A stretch of DNA of 64,000 nucleotides, taken from the sequence record OQ555404.1; one strand, 5' to 3'. Position numbers and translations under genes: made by a program. The notes beneath the pieces are model-generated. The model worked only from the letters and a program-made list of their open reading frames with translations. It had not been told where the DNA came from and ran no database searches. Of this stretch, positions 9,472 to 19,559 are shown one piece after another. Position 1 is the first letter of the stretch, and every line of letters starts with the position of its first letter. The stretch is from Escherichia phage vB_EcoP_HC-25922.

Positions 9472-10224
9472 ATGGCTATGCCAGACGTTCAGAACCCAAT
9501 TAATACCTACGGATGGCTTAAGAAGGCTGTGTCCCTCTGGGCCGACCGTGATGACCCTGAATTTGTTAATCAGATTCCGAACTTTATTAACTTTGCAGAA
9601 AAGGAAATCTATCGTAATTTACGTATTCCTCCTTTGGAAAAAGAAGTATACTTAGATATTAAAGATGGTGTGGCTTTTATTCCACCAGACTATTTAGAAG
9701 CTCAGTGGATGATGAGAGCCAAAGATGGCACAATCTTCCAAGTAACCTCTCCTGAAGAGATTAGCTATCGTAGACAGCATGGAACAATTAACCCATCTCA
9801 CTGGAATAACCAACCTGTCAACTTTGCTCGTTTCGGTAGTCGTTTCATTTTCTACCCTAGCATCGAAGCAGATACCCCGTACTACCCTGATGATGGAAGC
9901 CCTTTGATTCCAGCAGAAAACTCAGTGATTCTTAGCTATTATGCAGACCCACCGGAATTCCATGAAGATACAGATACTAGTACTATTCTTACTATAGCAC
10001 CGGAACTTCTTCTGTACTTCACCCTACGTCATGCTTGTCTCTTTGTTCAAGATGATAATGGTGTTCAGAAATGGTCAGCATTAGGAAAAGCTATCCTTGA
10101 TGAAATGGTAGAACAGAATAAGAAACAAGAGTACTCAGGTTCACCTATCGCAATTCCGAATAACATGACTCGACTTCAGAGCAGCTTGCCTGATATTTAT
10201 GGTATTCGTACTTCTCGTGTATAA
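9472..10224 (+). CDS. hypothetical virion protein
   Basis: 250-aa ORF with AGGAGG RBS in the structural block. Confidence 0.45.
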   Translation: MAMPDVQNPINTYGWLKKAVSLWADRDDPEFVNQIPNFINFAEKEIYRNLRIPPLEKEVYLDIKDGVAFIPPDYLEAQWMMRAKDGTIFQVTSPEEISYRRQHGTINPSHWNNQPVNFARFGSRFIFYPSIEADTPYYPDDGSPLIPAENSVILSYYADPPEFHEDTDTSTILTIAPELLLYFTLRHACLFVQDDNGVQKWSALGKAILDEMVEQNKKQEYSGSPIAIPNNMTRLQSSLPDIYGIRTSRV

Positions 10225-10233
10225 GGAGATAAT

Positions 10234-12594
10234 ATGATCGTTTATAATAACCAAGCACCTGATGCAGTGAATAACGTTGGGCAGTTTGGTGCTACTGAAG
10301 GCTCTATTGGAGCTTATAAGCAAGCCGCAGAATATGCAGCTGACTCCAAATATTGGGCACTGTTAGCAGAGTCTAAGTTTGGTACAATTGATGACCTGAT
10401 CGCTGAAGTAGAACGTTTGTATCAGCAAGGTGTTCTGATGAAGCAGGATATCGAAGATCTTAAGCAGGACTTTAAAGATCAAGATGCTCGTCTGATGAGT
10501 TTGATTGCTCAAACTAACGCAGCGGTATCAGATGCGAATAATGCTGTAGCTCTAATTAATCAGAAACTTATTGAAGTCCAGAACCAGCTTGACGTTCTGT
10601 TAGGAATGTCCGTTGATGTAACCACACTTCCTCCGGGAACTCCGGCTACTGGTTCTTTTAATCCTAACACTGGTGTAATTTCTTTAGGTATCCCAGAAGG
10701 CGAACCCGGAAAGGATGGTTCTGTTAAGGATTTAGACACAGCTCCTACTGGTGTTCCAGAGCTAGGTGACTTGGGTTTCTATGTTGATAAAGATGACAAT
10801 ACCGTCCATAAAACTACTCTAGAGAATATTGCTAACTTAATCCCATCTGTTCGTTCTGTTTCTGTTAATGGGGGACCAGCTCTTGATGGAGAGGTTGCTC
10901 TAACAATCAACAAAGAGACAGTAGGTTTAGGAAATGTTCTGAATGTTGCTCAGTACAGTCGTCAAGAGATTAATGACAAATTTGACAAAACTACCAAGAC
11001 ATACCAATCAAAAGCAGAAGCTGATGCTGACGCTCAGTATCGTCAAGTTGGTGAGAAAGTCTTAGTCTGGGAAGCTACTAAGTATGAGTTCTACACTGTT
11101 GCTGCTAACAAAACATTAACTCCAGTTAAAACTGAAGGTAGAATTCTTACCGTTAACTCCCGTTCTCCAGATTCCAGTGGTAACATTGACATTACCATTC
11201 CAACAGGAAACCCTTCTCTGTATCTTGGTGAGATGGTGATGTTCCCTTACGACCCATCTAAGAATATCTCCTACCCAGGAGTTCTTCCTGCTGATGGTCG
11301 TCTGGTATCAAAAGAATCTGCTTCAGATTTAGGCCCATCCCTTGTCAGCGGACAGCTCCCTGTTGTTTCAGAAACTGAATGGCAATCGGGGGCTAAACAG
11401 TACTTCTCTTGGGGCAAGTTAGCAGACGGTATTACCGATGCGGATTCTACTAATTTTATCAACATTCGACTCCCTGATTGGACTGGAGGGGAGGCAATAA
11501 GAGCACCAGATTCTGATAAAGACTCTCAGTACAATGGGTCTGTACAGGCTCAGAAACCTTATGTTGTTACTGTAAATAACCAAGCTCCTGATGAGATTAC
11601 TGGTAATGTGAACATCTCCAGATCAATTTTAGGTGCTGCTTCTTCTGGAGCAAACTCTGACATTACATCTTTATCTGGACTCACAACACCGCTATCCATC
11701 TCTCAAGGTGGTACTGGAGCTAAAAATGCTGCTAGTGCCCGATCTAACTTGGGGTTGGGGAGTGTTTCCACTCTAGATAACGTCCCTATCGCTAGTGGTG
11801 GGACAGGGGCTGGAGATGCTGCTGGTGCAAGGTTTAATCTTGGGTTAGGTAACTCAGCCACAATGAATACCGGAACTAACAGTGATAATGTTCTTAAGGT
11901 TGGTGATTTTGGAATTGGAAGACCTGACGGCGCTCTTGTTTTTGATACTACTTCACAAGACCAACTTCTTGCTGGACTTGACACTTATGGGTTGTGTGTG
12001 TTTAGGAATAACCAACAAATAGCAGCACCTTGGGACATATGGAACTACTCCTCAAACCTTTTCTTTAGGGCGGGTGACACATACAGTATGATAAGTATTC
12101 CGTTTGAGTCTGCTGGTAAGATAAAAGTTTTTGGTGGTGCATCGGGCAGTGGGTGGAAAACCTCAAGGACGATATACGATACTATAAATACAACTGTTGA
12201 CGTCAATGGCTTTATTAAAGCAGCGTCACCAATAGTTAAGGTATTTCATGACGGAAGTTTTGAAACAAATGAACAATCTGATGGAGTTAGTGTTAAGAAA
12301 ATCTCCACCGGGGTTTATTTAATTTCAGGGTGTCTTGGTCTTAATTCTGATGCAGGATGGGGTGGGGTAGATGGAGGTTTTGAAATCCCAATAGACCGAA
12401 ACAAACAACCTAGAGTCTGGCTGGATTATGAGATTAAAGAAGATGGTTCTATTTTAGTTAAAACTTATCACAGAATCCATCCAACCTCTCCGGTTTTTGC
12501 TAGAAATGAGATAGAAGGTTTCTCTGACGGCGATCCTATTGATATCCCGAGTGATGCTTTTATCTCAGTTCGTGTTGAAATGCCATCCAAATAA
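10234..12594 (+). CDS. tail fibre protein
   Basis: 786 aa; phage tail-fibre repeat motifs (GGTGAKNAASARSNLGLG, GGTGAGDAAGARFNLGLG); GGAG RBS. Confidence 0.6.
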   Translation: MIVYNNQAPDAVNNVGQFGATEGSIGAYKQAAEYAADSKYWALLAESKFGTIDDLIAEVERLYQQGVLMKQDIEDLKQDFKDQDARLMSLIAQTNAAVSDANNAVALINQKLIEVQNQLDVLLGMSVDVTTLPPGTPATGSFNPNTGVISLGIPEGEPGKDGSVKDLDTAPTGVPELGDLGFYVDKDDNTVHKTTLENIANLIPSVRSVSVNGGPALDGEVALTINKETVGLGNVLNVAQYSRQEINDKFDKTTKTYQSKAEADADAQYRQVGEKVLVWEATKYEFYTVAANKTLTPVKTEGRILTVNSRSPDSSGNIDITIPTGNPSLYLGEMVMFPYDPSKNISYPGVLPADGRLVSKESASDLGPSLVSGQLPVVSETEWQSGAKQYFSWGKLADGITDADSTNFINIRLPDWTGGEAIRAPDSDKDSQYNGSVQAQKPYVVTVNNQAPDEITGNVNISRSILGAASSGANSDITSLSGLTTPLSISQGGTGAKNAASARSNLGLGSVSTLDNVPIASGGTGAGDAAGARFNLGLGNSATMNTGTNSDNVLKVGDFGIGRPDGALVFDTTSQDQLLAGLDTYGLCVFRNNQQIAAPWDIWNYSSNLFFRAGDTYSMISIPFESAGKIKVFGGASGSGWKTSRTIYDTINTTVDVNGFIKAASPIVKVFHDGSFETNEQSDGVSVKKISTGVYLISGCLGLNSDAGWGGVDGGFEIPIDRNKQPRVWLDYEIKEDGSILVKTYHRIHPTSPVFARNEIEGFSDGDPIDIPSDAFISVRVEMPSK

Positions 12595-12604
12595 ATTTAA
12601 GGAT

Positions 12605-12624
12605 GCCCTCTTCGGAGGGCTTTA
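12605..12624 (+). terminator. hairpin (gccctc-ttcg-gagggc), possible terminator
   Basis: UUCG tetraloop hairpin after the stop; only a short T-run. Confidence 0.4.
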
Positions 12625-12637
12625 TGGAGGATTATAA

Positions 12638-14833
12638 ATGTCTAGAGAATTAATGCCCAAATCTGGGATAATGATGCCTCACGTGGTAGTTACTAGAGAT
12701 GCCGCAGTTGTGGGTGTGTCTACAGTTGATGGCGTGGCAGGTGCTGTTAATTTAACAGATAAATATCTACAAAAGTCTGATGCTGAAGCAACATATCAAA
12801 CGAAAGCAGAAGGGGCTACTAAGCAATATGTAACCGATGCTATTAACCCTATTATGACAAATGCTCTGTTTAAAGATGACCCTTTTGTCAATAATGATAC
12901 ACCTATCCGCTCTGGTGGTGGTAACGGTGTTGAATCGGTAGACATGATTAAAGTCACTCCTGAGAATAATATCAAACTGGGGAGCTATGCTTCTTCTGTT
13001 CAGGGGGTTGAGATTCATTCTGCTGGTCGTCTTCAGGTTGTTGATCAGAACGATTCTGGAGTCGAAACTAAATACCCGATATACTCCAAAAGGTATCGCC
13101 CGGAAGTTGAGGATTTACCTTTCGCTTCAATCGGTTCCTACGTCAAAGATTCCAAAGGACGCACTATTGGTGTAACTCGTACTGGTATCAACTCTGATAT
13201 CAAACAACTTACCCAGAAGGTAACTTTCACTCAACCCGTTACTGTTCCTGATGCAGTTGGTGATTATGATGCGGTTACTTTGAGACAGCTTCGAAACAGC
13301 GGTGGTGGTTCTGGTGGTCCTACAATGAGTGGAATTTCTAACTTTGGGATTGGGGATTTTCATTTACGTGACAGCCGTGCTTTCATCCCAGCTTTTGAGG
13401 TAGTGTCTGATGGGCAGCTTTTGAATCGTGCTGACTACCCAGATCTGTGGGCTTATGCACAATTATTGTCGCCTATAGAGGATTCAGAGTGGCTTTCTGA
13501 CAAGTTTAAGCGTGGTCGGTACAGTACGGGGGATGGTACTACAACCTTCCGTGTACCTGACAGAAACGGCATTCAGGCTGGTTCTGTACGCGCTCTATAC
13601 GGTCGTGGTGATGGTGGGTCCAGTTCTGCTAACGGAGACATATTCGAATCCGCCGCACCAAACATCTGGGCGCGGACGGCAAGCTACTCCGGTTCCAGCT
13701 ATGCACAGGTTTTTGGTGATATAGCGCAGGGTGCCTTCGTAGCGGATAACACGCTGTTCCCTGCTGCTGCTGGTGATGCTATCCCAGATACAGGCGCAAT
13801 CGCTATCTCTGGGCGCTATAACACACTGACCTTTGACGCATCTCGTTCAAGCCCTATTTATGGCGGGTCCGTTGATGAGATTATGGGTCGTAACTTTGTA
13901 GGTGTTTGGACTATCCGTGCTCATGGTGGTTTTACTGCTGCTAACACCTCTTGGTCTGTTATTAACAGTGATGCAAACCGTCCTGCTGGTGGAACTAGGG
14001 TAACTAGCGGTTCAGTTGTTTCTGAATATAAAATAGGTTCAGAAGTAGAAGCCTCTACTACGCTCCAAACTGATGCTTATATCGACGGAGCTTATTATGG
14101 GATTATCAATGTTTATAATAAAACCAAAGGAGTTACCAAGCAATTAGCTTTTGACGATTCTGGAACCCTGAACTCTGATAGATATGTTGCTCGGTCTAGA
14201 ACATTGATGTCTTGGAATGAAACAGGAAGTCGCAGAGGGACGTTTTCTATAGACAACCAAGGGGTTGGTGCTAACTACTCTTTTAACTCTATACTGAGTG
14301 CTTCCCAAGCATCCCAAGGTGGATACAAAACTACTACCCATGTAGGGATGATTCACAATGATGCTGGATCTTTTGCTGATTCCTGTTGGCATGTTTCGGG
14401 AGATGAAGACAACAAATATGGTTGTCGTTTAACTCTCCGACCAAACAGGAACGAGATTTACTACTACACTTGGCAGCCAAGTTCAACCGGAACTTATACT
14501 CTTGCTATGAATCCTGTATCTGATGAAAAGTTGAAACATAACATCCAAGATATCTCTCCTGATGAAGCAATTCGTGCGATAAAAGGTTTGGATTTCAAAT
14601 CGTTTGTGTACAACAATGATAATCAAGGAAGAACTCGTCGTGGTATCATTGCACAGCAGGCAGAGAAAGTTGAACCTCTTTATGTTAAAACTCGTAAATT
14701 CCATGACAACGATGGGGTAGAGCAGGAACAGAAAGAGTTGGATGCAACTCCAATGCTTTTAGATACCATACAGGTTGTTCAAGATCTGCTGAAGCGTATT
14801 GAAGTTCTAGAAGCGAAGTTAGCAGAGAAGTGA
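12638..14833 (+). CDS. tail fibre or spike with C-terminal intramolecular chaperone (peptidase S74-like) domain
   Basis: 731 aa; C-terminal SDEKLKHNIQDI...GIIAQQAEKVEPLYV resembles the auto-cleaving chaperone domain of L-shaped tail fibres and endosialidases. Confidence 0.6.
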   Translation: MSRELMPKSGIMMPHVVVTRDAAVVGVSTVDGVAGAVNLTDKYLQKSDAEATYQTKAEGATKQYVTDAINPIMTNALFKDDPFVNNDTPIRSGGGNGVESVDMIKVTPENNIKLGSYASSVQGVEIHSAGRLQVVDQNDSGVETKYPIYSKRYRPEVEDLPFASIGSYVKDSKGRTIGVTRTGINSDIKQLTQKVTFTQPVTVPDAVGDYDAVTLRQLRNSGGGSGGPTMSGISNFGIGDFHLRDSRAFIPAFEVVSDGQLLNRADYPDLWAYAQLLSPIEDSEWLSDKFKRGRYSTGDGTTTFRVPDRNGIQAGSVRALYGRGDGGSSSANGDIFESAAPNIWARTASYSGSSYAQVFGDIAQGAFVADNTLFPAAAGDAIPDTGAIAISGRYNTLTFDASRSSPIYGGSVDEIMGRNFVGVWTIRAHGGFTAANTSWSVINSDANRPAGGTRVTSGSVVSEYKIGSEVEASTTLQTDAYIDGAYYGIINVYNKTKGVTKQLAFDDSGTLNSDRYVARSRTLMSWNETGSRRGTFSIDNQGVGANYSFNSILSASQASQGGYKTTTHVGMIHNDAGSFADSCWHVSGDEDNKYGCRLTLRPNRNEIYYYTWQPSSTGTYTLAMNPVSDEKLKHNIQDISPDEAIRAIKGLDFKSFVYNNDNQGRTRRGIIAQQAEKVEPLYVKTRKFHDNDGVEQEQKELDATPMLLDTIQVVQDLLKRIEVLEAKLAEK

Positions 14834-14837
14834 GATA

Positions 14838-14857
14838 AGCCCCTTCGGGGGCTTTTA
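14838..14857 (+). terminator. intrinsic terminator (agcccc-ttcg-ggggct plus T4)
   Basis: GC hairpin with UUCG loop followed by tttt. Confidence 0.55.
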
Positions 14858-14922
14858 GGAGTGAAACTGGTGAATAAGTAATGAAACTACTATATCCAAA
14901 AGGAAAATGAAAGGAGAAGAAA

Positions 14923-15141
14923 ATGAAAATGATGAAACAGGTAACTTATGGTCTAGCTTGCTTAGGGACAGGTTTTGTGATTTCCACAGCAGTACCTGTA
15001 AATGCAGTAGGCTCTCATTCTATTATAGAAGCTCCTGTAGAGAAGCTTAGTTCTCAATGTAAACAAAGGACCATTCAAAATAATTTGGTTGTTATTTGCC
15101 CAGACGCTCAATCTTCAGCTCTGAGAAAAATTCTTCCTTAA
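14923..15141 (+). CDS. small protein with N-terminal signal peptide or TM segment
   Basis: 72 aa; MKMMKQ then a hydrophobic stretch; AAAGGAGAAG RBS; immediately upstream of the lysozyme. Confidence 0.4.
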   Translation: MKMMKQVTYGLACLGTGFVISTAVPVNAVGSHSIIEAPVEKLSSQCKQRTIQNNLVVICPDAQSSALRKILP

Positions 15142-15174
15142 TTGACCTAAAATAACAACAAAAGGAGGTCAAAG

Positions 15175-15666
15175 ATGGACGCTATCGCATTGCCGCCTGT
15201 ACAGATGAGCCTAAGTCCGGCTGGTATGGAGTTTATTATGAAACATGAAGGCATGAGAACTAAAGCCTATAAAGACTCCGCTGGAATCTGGACTATATGT
15301 GTAGGGGCTACGCGCGATATGAATGGGTATCCAGTAAGACAAGGATTAACGTATTCTATAGAGGATTGTCTAGCTCTGCTAGATAGAGACACACAAGACT
15401 CTGTTCGTGCTACTCAGAAAAACATAAGAGTTCCTATGCTAGCTCATGAATTTGATGCTGTCACTTCTTTCAACTTTAATGTTGGTGGTGGTGCTTTGTC
15501 AGCTTCAAAACTTAGGAAAGTGATCAACGGAGATGTGAAGGGTGATGTTTACTCAGAGTTCTTACGTTGGGATAAGATAACTGTTAAAGGTGTAAAGCAG
15601 CGGAGTCCGGGACTTCACAATCGCAGGGTTGCAGAAGCAAATCTATACACTACAGGAAAATATTAA
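15175..15666 (+). CDS. lysozyme (T4 lysozyme-like, GH24)
   Basis: Catalytic triad spacing HEG...YKDSAGIWTICVG (E-8-D-5-T); AAGGAGG RBS. Confidence 0.8.
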   Translation: MDAIALPPVQMSLSPAGMEFIMKHEGMRTKAYKDSAGIWTICVGATRDMNGYPVRQGLTYSIEDCLALLDRDTQDSVRATQKNIRVPMLAHEFDAVTSFNFNVGGGALSASKLRKVINGDVKGDVYSEFLRWDKITVKGVKQRSPGLHNRRVAEANLYTTGKY

Positions 15667-15678
15667 TGGAGGTGCCTT

Positions 15679-16482
15679 TTGGCTATCGAAACAACTGCGG
15701 TAGTTACTACCGATTTAAACCCCCTATACCCACGGGACAGGGATTATCTTTATGAAGGGGCTGCCCAGATACGACTGGTCAAACAAGTATTAATTAACAC
15801 CTTTCCTAACATCACAGAGCCAGTTCAACTTGACTCAGATTCTTTCAACATCTTAGCAAACAAGGTTTCCTTTACTGGAGATTCTATGGATGTTGGAGGT
15901 TTGATGATCAAAAACTTAACTCCGGGAACTGGTGATAAAGATGCTGTAACCAAAGGTCAGATGGAAGCTTTCATGTTAAACTGGATGCAGAATAAACTCT
16001 ATCGTATTGGGGCTTACTATATCACTGAAGAAGATATCAACCCCGGAGATTCTAGCTCTCTTGGTTTTGGTTCTTGGGCTAAAGTAACTGGTGTTGTTAT
16101 GGGTACTGGTGTTGTTAACCCTGATGGCTCTGTTCCTAATGCTCAGCGTGTAGAGTTCCAAGCAGGTGGTACTGGTGGTCGTGTATTTAACACAATTCGT
16201 GCTGACAACATGCCTCTGACTACAATCAATGGTTCTAGTTTTCAAGTTAGTTCTTATTCTCACTCACATAATATCACAATGGGTCGTGGAGATGCTAGTG
16301 GTCACAACAGCAGTCCTAATTGGTATAGTCCGGGTGGTGGTTATACTCAGGTAACTGACACTAACACCCACTCTCACTCAATTACAGGTTCTGTTAGTTT
16401 TGGACGTGATGATGTATCAAGACAACCTATTAACACTTTGCCGCCTTTCAGAGCAGCGCATATCTGGAGACGTATTAGCTAA
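15679..16482 (+). CDS. tail fibre-like protein (TTG start)
   Basis: 267 aa; GGAGGTG RBS 5 nt before TTG; LTPGTGDKDAVTKGQ motif typical of tail-fibre proteins. Confidence 0.45.
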   Translation: MAIETTAVVTTDLNPLYPRDRDYLYEGAAQIRLVKQVLINTFPNITEPVQLDSDSFNILANKVSFTGDSMDVGGLMIKNLTPGTGDKDAVTKGQMEAFMLNWMQNKLYRIGAYYITEEDINPGDSSSLGFGSWAKVTGVVMGTGVVNPDGSVPNAQRVEFQAGGTGGRVFNTIRADNMPLTTINGSSFQVSSYSHSHNITMGRGDASGHNSSPNWYSPGGGYTQVTDTNTHSHSITGSVSFGRDDVSRQPINTLPPFRAAHIWRRIS

Positions 16483-16491
16483 GGAGGAATT

Positions 16492-19400
16492 ATGGCGCTT
16501 TATCCAATAAAATCTTTAGGGGCTGTAGGGGTTATTGCTGACCAAGCTCCGACTGATTTAGCACCTAATGCTTTCACTAATGCTATCAATGCCCGCTTTG
16601 TAGAGCAAAGAGTTTTTAAGACGGGGGGCAATGCCCCTCTTTCTTATGTAGAAGAAGATAAAGAGATTACACCACTTTCTTTTATATCAATGCCTTTTGA
16701 CTACTACAGTGCAGGTAATAGCTTTCTGATTGTTGGTACAGACAAAAAGCTATACAAGCTAACAGATGAAAGTTTGACAGATATTAGCCGAAAGGTTGCT
16801 ACTGTCACAAAAAGAGCTTCCGCTTCTATTAAGATATATCCAGTTGTTTCTCAGATTGTTCCTAAAGAAACTTCTATTTCAATGAATTTCAATCAAACTA
16901 AAACCTTGGAAGTTTCTATTCTTCCTGAAGATGCTAACAACACAGCTTTAGTTTGGGAGGTTAGTAATTCTTCTTATGGTAAAGTAGAAGCTGACACCGA
17001 GAACCCTAAAACTGCAACCTTGACGTCTTATGAAAAAGAAGGGAATTTAGTAGTTACTGTATCAACAGCTGATAAATCTATTAGTGCTCAGATTGCAGTA
17101 AACATCATAGACGGTGATTCTGGTATCTTCTTAAGTCAGGATACAATAACTGTCCGTAAAGGTGGTAACACAACGCTAACTGCTGTTACTGGAAAAACTC
17201 CTGTAACTTGGGTCTCTAGTAATGCTTCTGTTGTGTCTGTAACACCTAATGCTAATACACTGACAGCTACTTTGTCTGCTAATGGTGAGGGTACTGTAAC
17301 AATAACTGCTGATAACGGAACTAAGAGTGCTTCTTGTCAAATTACTGTTATATCTCAGATAGACAGTATCACTCTGAGTCAGACAAGCGTTCAAATGAGC
17401 AGGGGTACTCAGTATGTTTTAACTGCTACGGTTAATCCTTCAGATGCTCCCAATAAAAACATAACTTGGACTTCCTCTAATCCTGCCATTGCCACAGTTT
17501 CTGGAAATAGTACAGAAGCGGTAATAACAGGGTTACTAGCTGGGTTTACTGAAATCACAGCTGTTACTCAAGAGGGTGATAGATCAGCAACCTGTACAGT
17601 GAGAGTTGATTTAGCTGGGAGAATGATGCGAACTTCTGCAATGGCTTTATCAGAACCTGTTGTAGATTCTATACAAGAAGAAGAAACCAATAATACTCCT
17701 ATCGAATCAGAAGAGGTTTTGTATTTTGTTAATGAGCCATCTGGAGTTGATACCTCAGGGATGTATGAAGGTAACAACTTCTATGATTACTCAAACGTCA
17801 ATGATATGGAAGGTTTTGCACGAGCTGCACTTATGTCCAGCGATACTCCGTTGCAATCTTTATCACTAGATATCATCGATGCCTCTCTTGATGTTGGGGA
17901 AGATATTGTAATTACAGCCAATGCTTTGCCTGAGGGAGAGTATTTATATCAGTGGACAGTGGACAAAGCAGGATATGTTTCAACCACATCTACTACCGGG
18001 AAATCTCTAAAACTGACAGCTATTCGTAAAGGTGAGATCAAAGTTACTTGTACTGCTAGTCAAATGACTCAGAAAGATTATGATGCTTTTGACGACTATC
18101 CTTGGTATCACACCATAATCTCTAACTGTGCAGTGGCTACCACTCACTATGAAACACCACAGGTCAAAGAATTTGAATCTGAGTATTTCGTAGATCTTCC
18201 GGGATGGGGTGAGCAAACAGTCGTTGATAATGATGGCAACCCTTCTGTTAAGAAATTTAACTGGAAGTGTGAGCGTATTCGTGCATTCAACAACAGACTT
18301 TTTGCTCTGAATATGAGGGAATCTAATGCATCTGGTGTAACTACTCACTACCCTCTAAGACTTCGGTGGTCGAATTTCGCTAACGAAAACAAAGCTCCAT
18401 CTCTTTGGGATGATTATGCTTATGATCGTTTAACAACTTCAGACCTATCAGCAAACATTGTTGGTCAAACTGAGGCTTTGGAAAATGGGTACGCTGGGTA
18501 TATAGATTTAGCAGATTCTAACGGAAGCTTGATTGATGTACTTCCTCTGAAAGATTACCTTTTTGTTTACACGGAGTTCGAAACCTACATTGGTTCTCCA
18601 ACCAATAACACATATCAGCCTCTTATGTTTAAGAAGCTGTTTAATGACTCTGGCATACTTGCTCCTGAGTGTGCAGTTGAAGTCGAAGGTGGACACTTCG
18701 TAGTAACTCAAAATGATGTGATCTTACACAATGGTGCATCTAAAAAATCTATAGCATCTAACCGAGTCAAGAATCTTCTCATTAATGAGATCTGTCTAGT
18801 AAACCCTCTAGCTACTAGAGTTCACCTACACCAAGACAAGAAAGAGGTTTGGGTTTTATATGTAGGTCCGGGAGAGCCTAAAGAGAGTTTTGCTTGTAAT
18901 AAAGCCGCTGTTTGGAATTATGAGTTTGACACTTGGTCTTTCCGTACAATACCATATGCTCAGTGTATTGGGTTAGTCGATCCACCAGTTCTTGAGAGAG
19001 GTCCAATCTGGGCAGATTTTCAAGAGATCACTTGGGATAATCCCTCTATTAACCAATTAGTCTGGAGAAAGGATGCTAATAACTTCCGTCAAAGGATTAC
19101 AATAGTTGGCTCTTTCCTGAAGGGATTCTATCAAGTGGATGTTGGTGCTCTGGACTACATCTATGACAGAACCAATGATAGGATTATAGAAAAACCTTTA
19201 GAAATGAGGCTAGAAAGAACTGGTATTGATTTTGATAGTGTCACTAACGAGTGGAATCAAAAACATATTAATAGATTTAGACCTCAAGTCACTGGTACGG
19301 GTACTTATACTTTTGAAGTCGGTGGAAGTCAATTCTCAAACGAGTATGGACACAATCACTCAACTAAAGAGTTTAGGGTAGGCTCAGATCGTCATGTATC

Positions 19401-19512
19401 CGTGAGACTGAACCATCCATACCTATTCTATAATGTTATAGATAATGATGTTAACAGTAATGCTTCTATGAATGGTTTAACCATAGAGTTTAGTGTTGGC
19501 GGTCGAAGATAA
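16492..19512 (+). CDS. large virion protein with Ig-like (Big_2-type) domains
   Basis: 1006 aa; AGGAGG RBS; repeated beta-rich T/S/V segments resembling Ig-like domains; in the tail gene block. Confidence 0.5.
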   Translation: MALYPIKSLGAVGVIADQAPTDLAPNAFTNAINARFVEQRVFKTGGNAPLSYVEEDKEITPLSFISMPFDYYSAGNSFLIVGTDKKLYKLTDESLTDISRKVATVTKRASASIKIYPVVSQIVPKETSISMNFNQTKTLEVSILPEDANNTALVWEVSNSSYGKVEADTENPKTATLTSYEKEGNLVVTVSTADKSISAQIAVNIIDGDSGIFLSQDTITVRKGGNTTLTAVTGKTPVTWVSSNASVVSVTPNANTLTATLSANGEGTVTITADNGTKSASCQITVISQIDSITLSQTSVQMSRGTQYVLTATVNPSDAPNKNITWTSSNPAIATVSGNSTEAVITGLLAGFTEITAVTQEGDRSATCTVRVDLAGRMMRTSAMALSEPVVDSIQEEETNNTPIESEEVLYFVNEPSGVDTSGMYEGNNFYDYSNVNDMEGFARAALMSSDTPLQSLSLDIIDASLDVGEDIVITANALPEGEYLYQWTVDKAGYVSTTSTTGKSLKLTAIRKGEIKVTCTASQMTQKDYDAFDDYPWYHTIISNCAVATTHYETPQVKEFESEYFVDLPGWGEQTVVDNDGNPSVKKFNWKCERIRAFNNRLFALNMRESNASGVTTHYPLRLRWSNFANENKAPSLWDDYAYDRLTTSDLSANIVGQTEALENGYAGYIDLADSNGSLIDVLPLKDYLFVYTEFETYIGSPTNNTYQPLMFKKLFNDSGILAPECAVEVEGGHFVVTQNDVILHNGASKKSIASNRVKNLLINEICLVNPLATRVHLHQDKKEVWVLYVGPGEPKESFACNKAAVWNYEFDTWSFRTIPYAQCIGLVDPPVLERGPIWADFQEITWDNPSINQLVWRKDANNFRQRITIVGSFLKGFYQVDVGALDYIYDRTNDRIIEKPLEMRLERTGIDFDSVTNEWNQKHINRFRPQVTGTGTYTFEVGGSQFSNEYGHNHSTKEFRVGSDRHVSVRLNHPYLFYNVIDNDVNSNASMNGLTIEFSVGGRR

Positions 19513-19518
19513 CAAATA

Positions 19519-19545
19519 GGGGCTTCGGCCCCTTTTATTGTTTTT
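19519..19545 (+). terminator. intrinsic terminator (ggggc-ttcg-gcccc plus T-run)
   Basis: Perfect GC hairpin with UUCG loop followed by ttttattgttttt. Confidence 0.65.
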
Positions 19546-19559
19546 AATTGGAGGTACTT

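Noticed and set aside
14923-15141. Holin assignment for the 72-aa ORF upstream of the lysozyme
   Set aside because: It has only one N-terminal hydrophobic segment resembling a cleavable signal peptide and no charged C-terminal tail; insufficient for a holin call.
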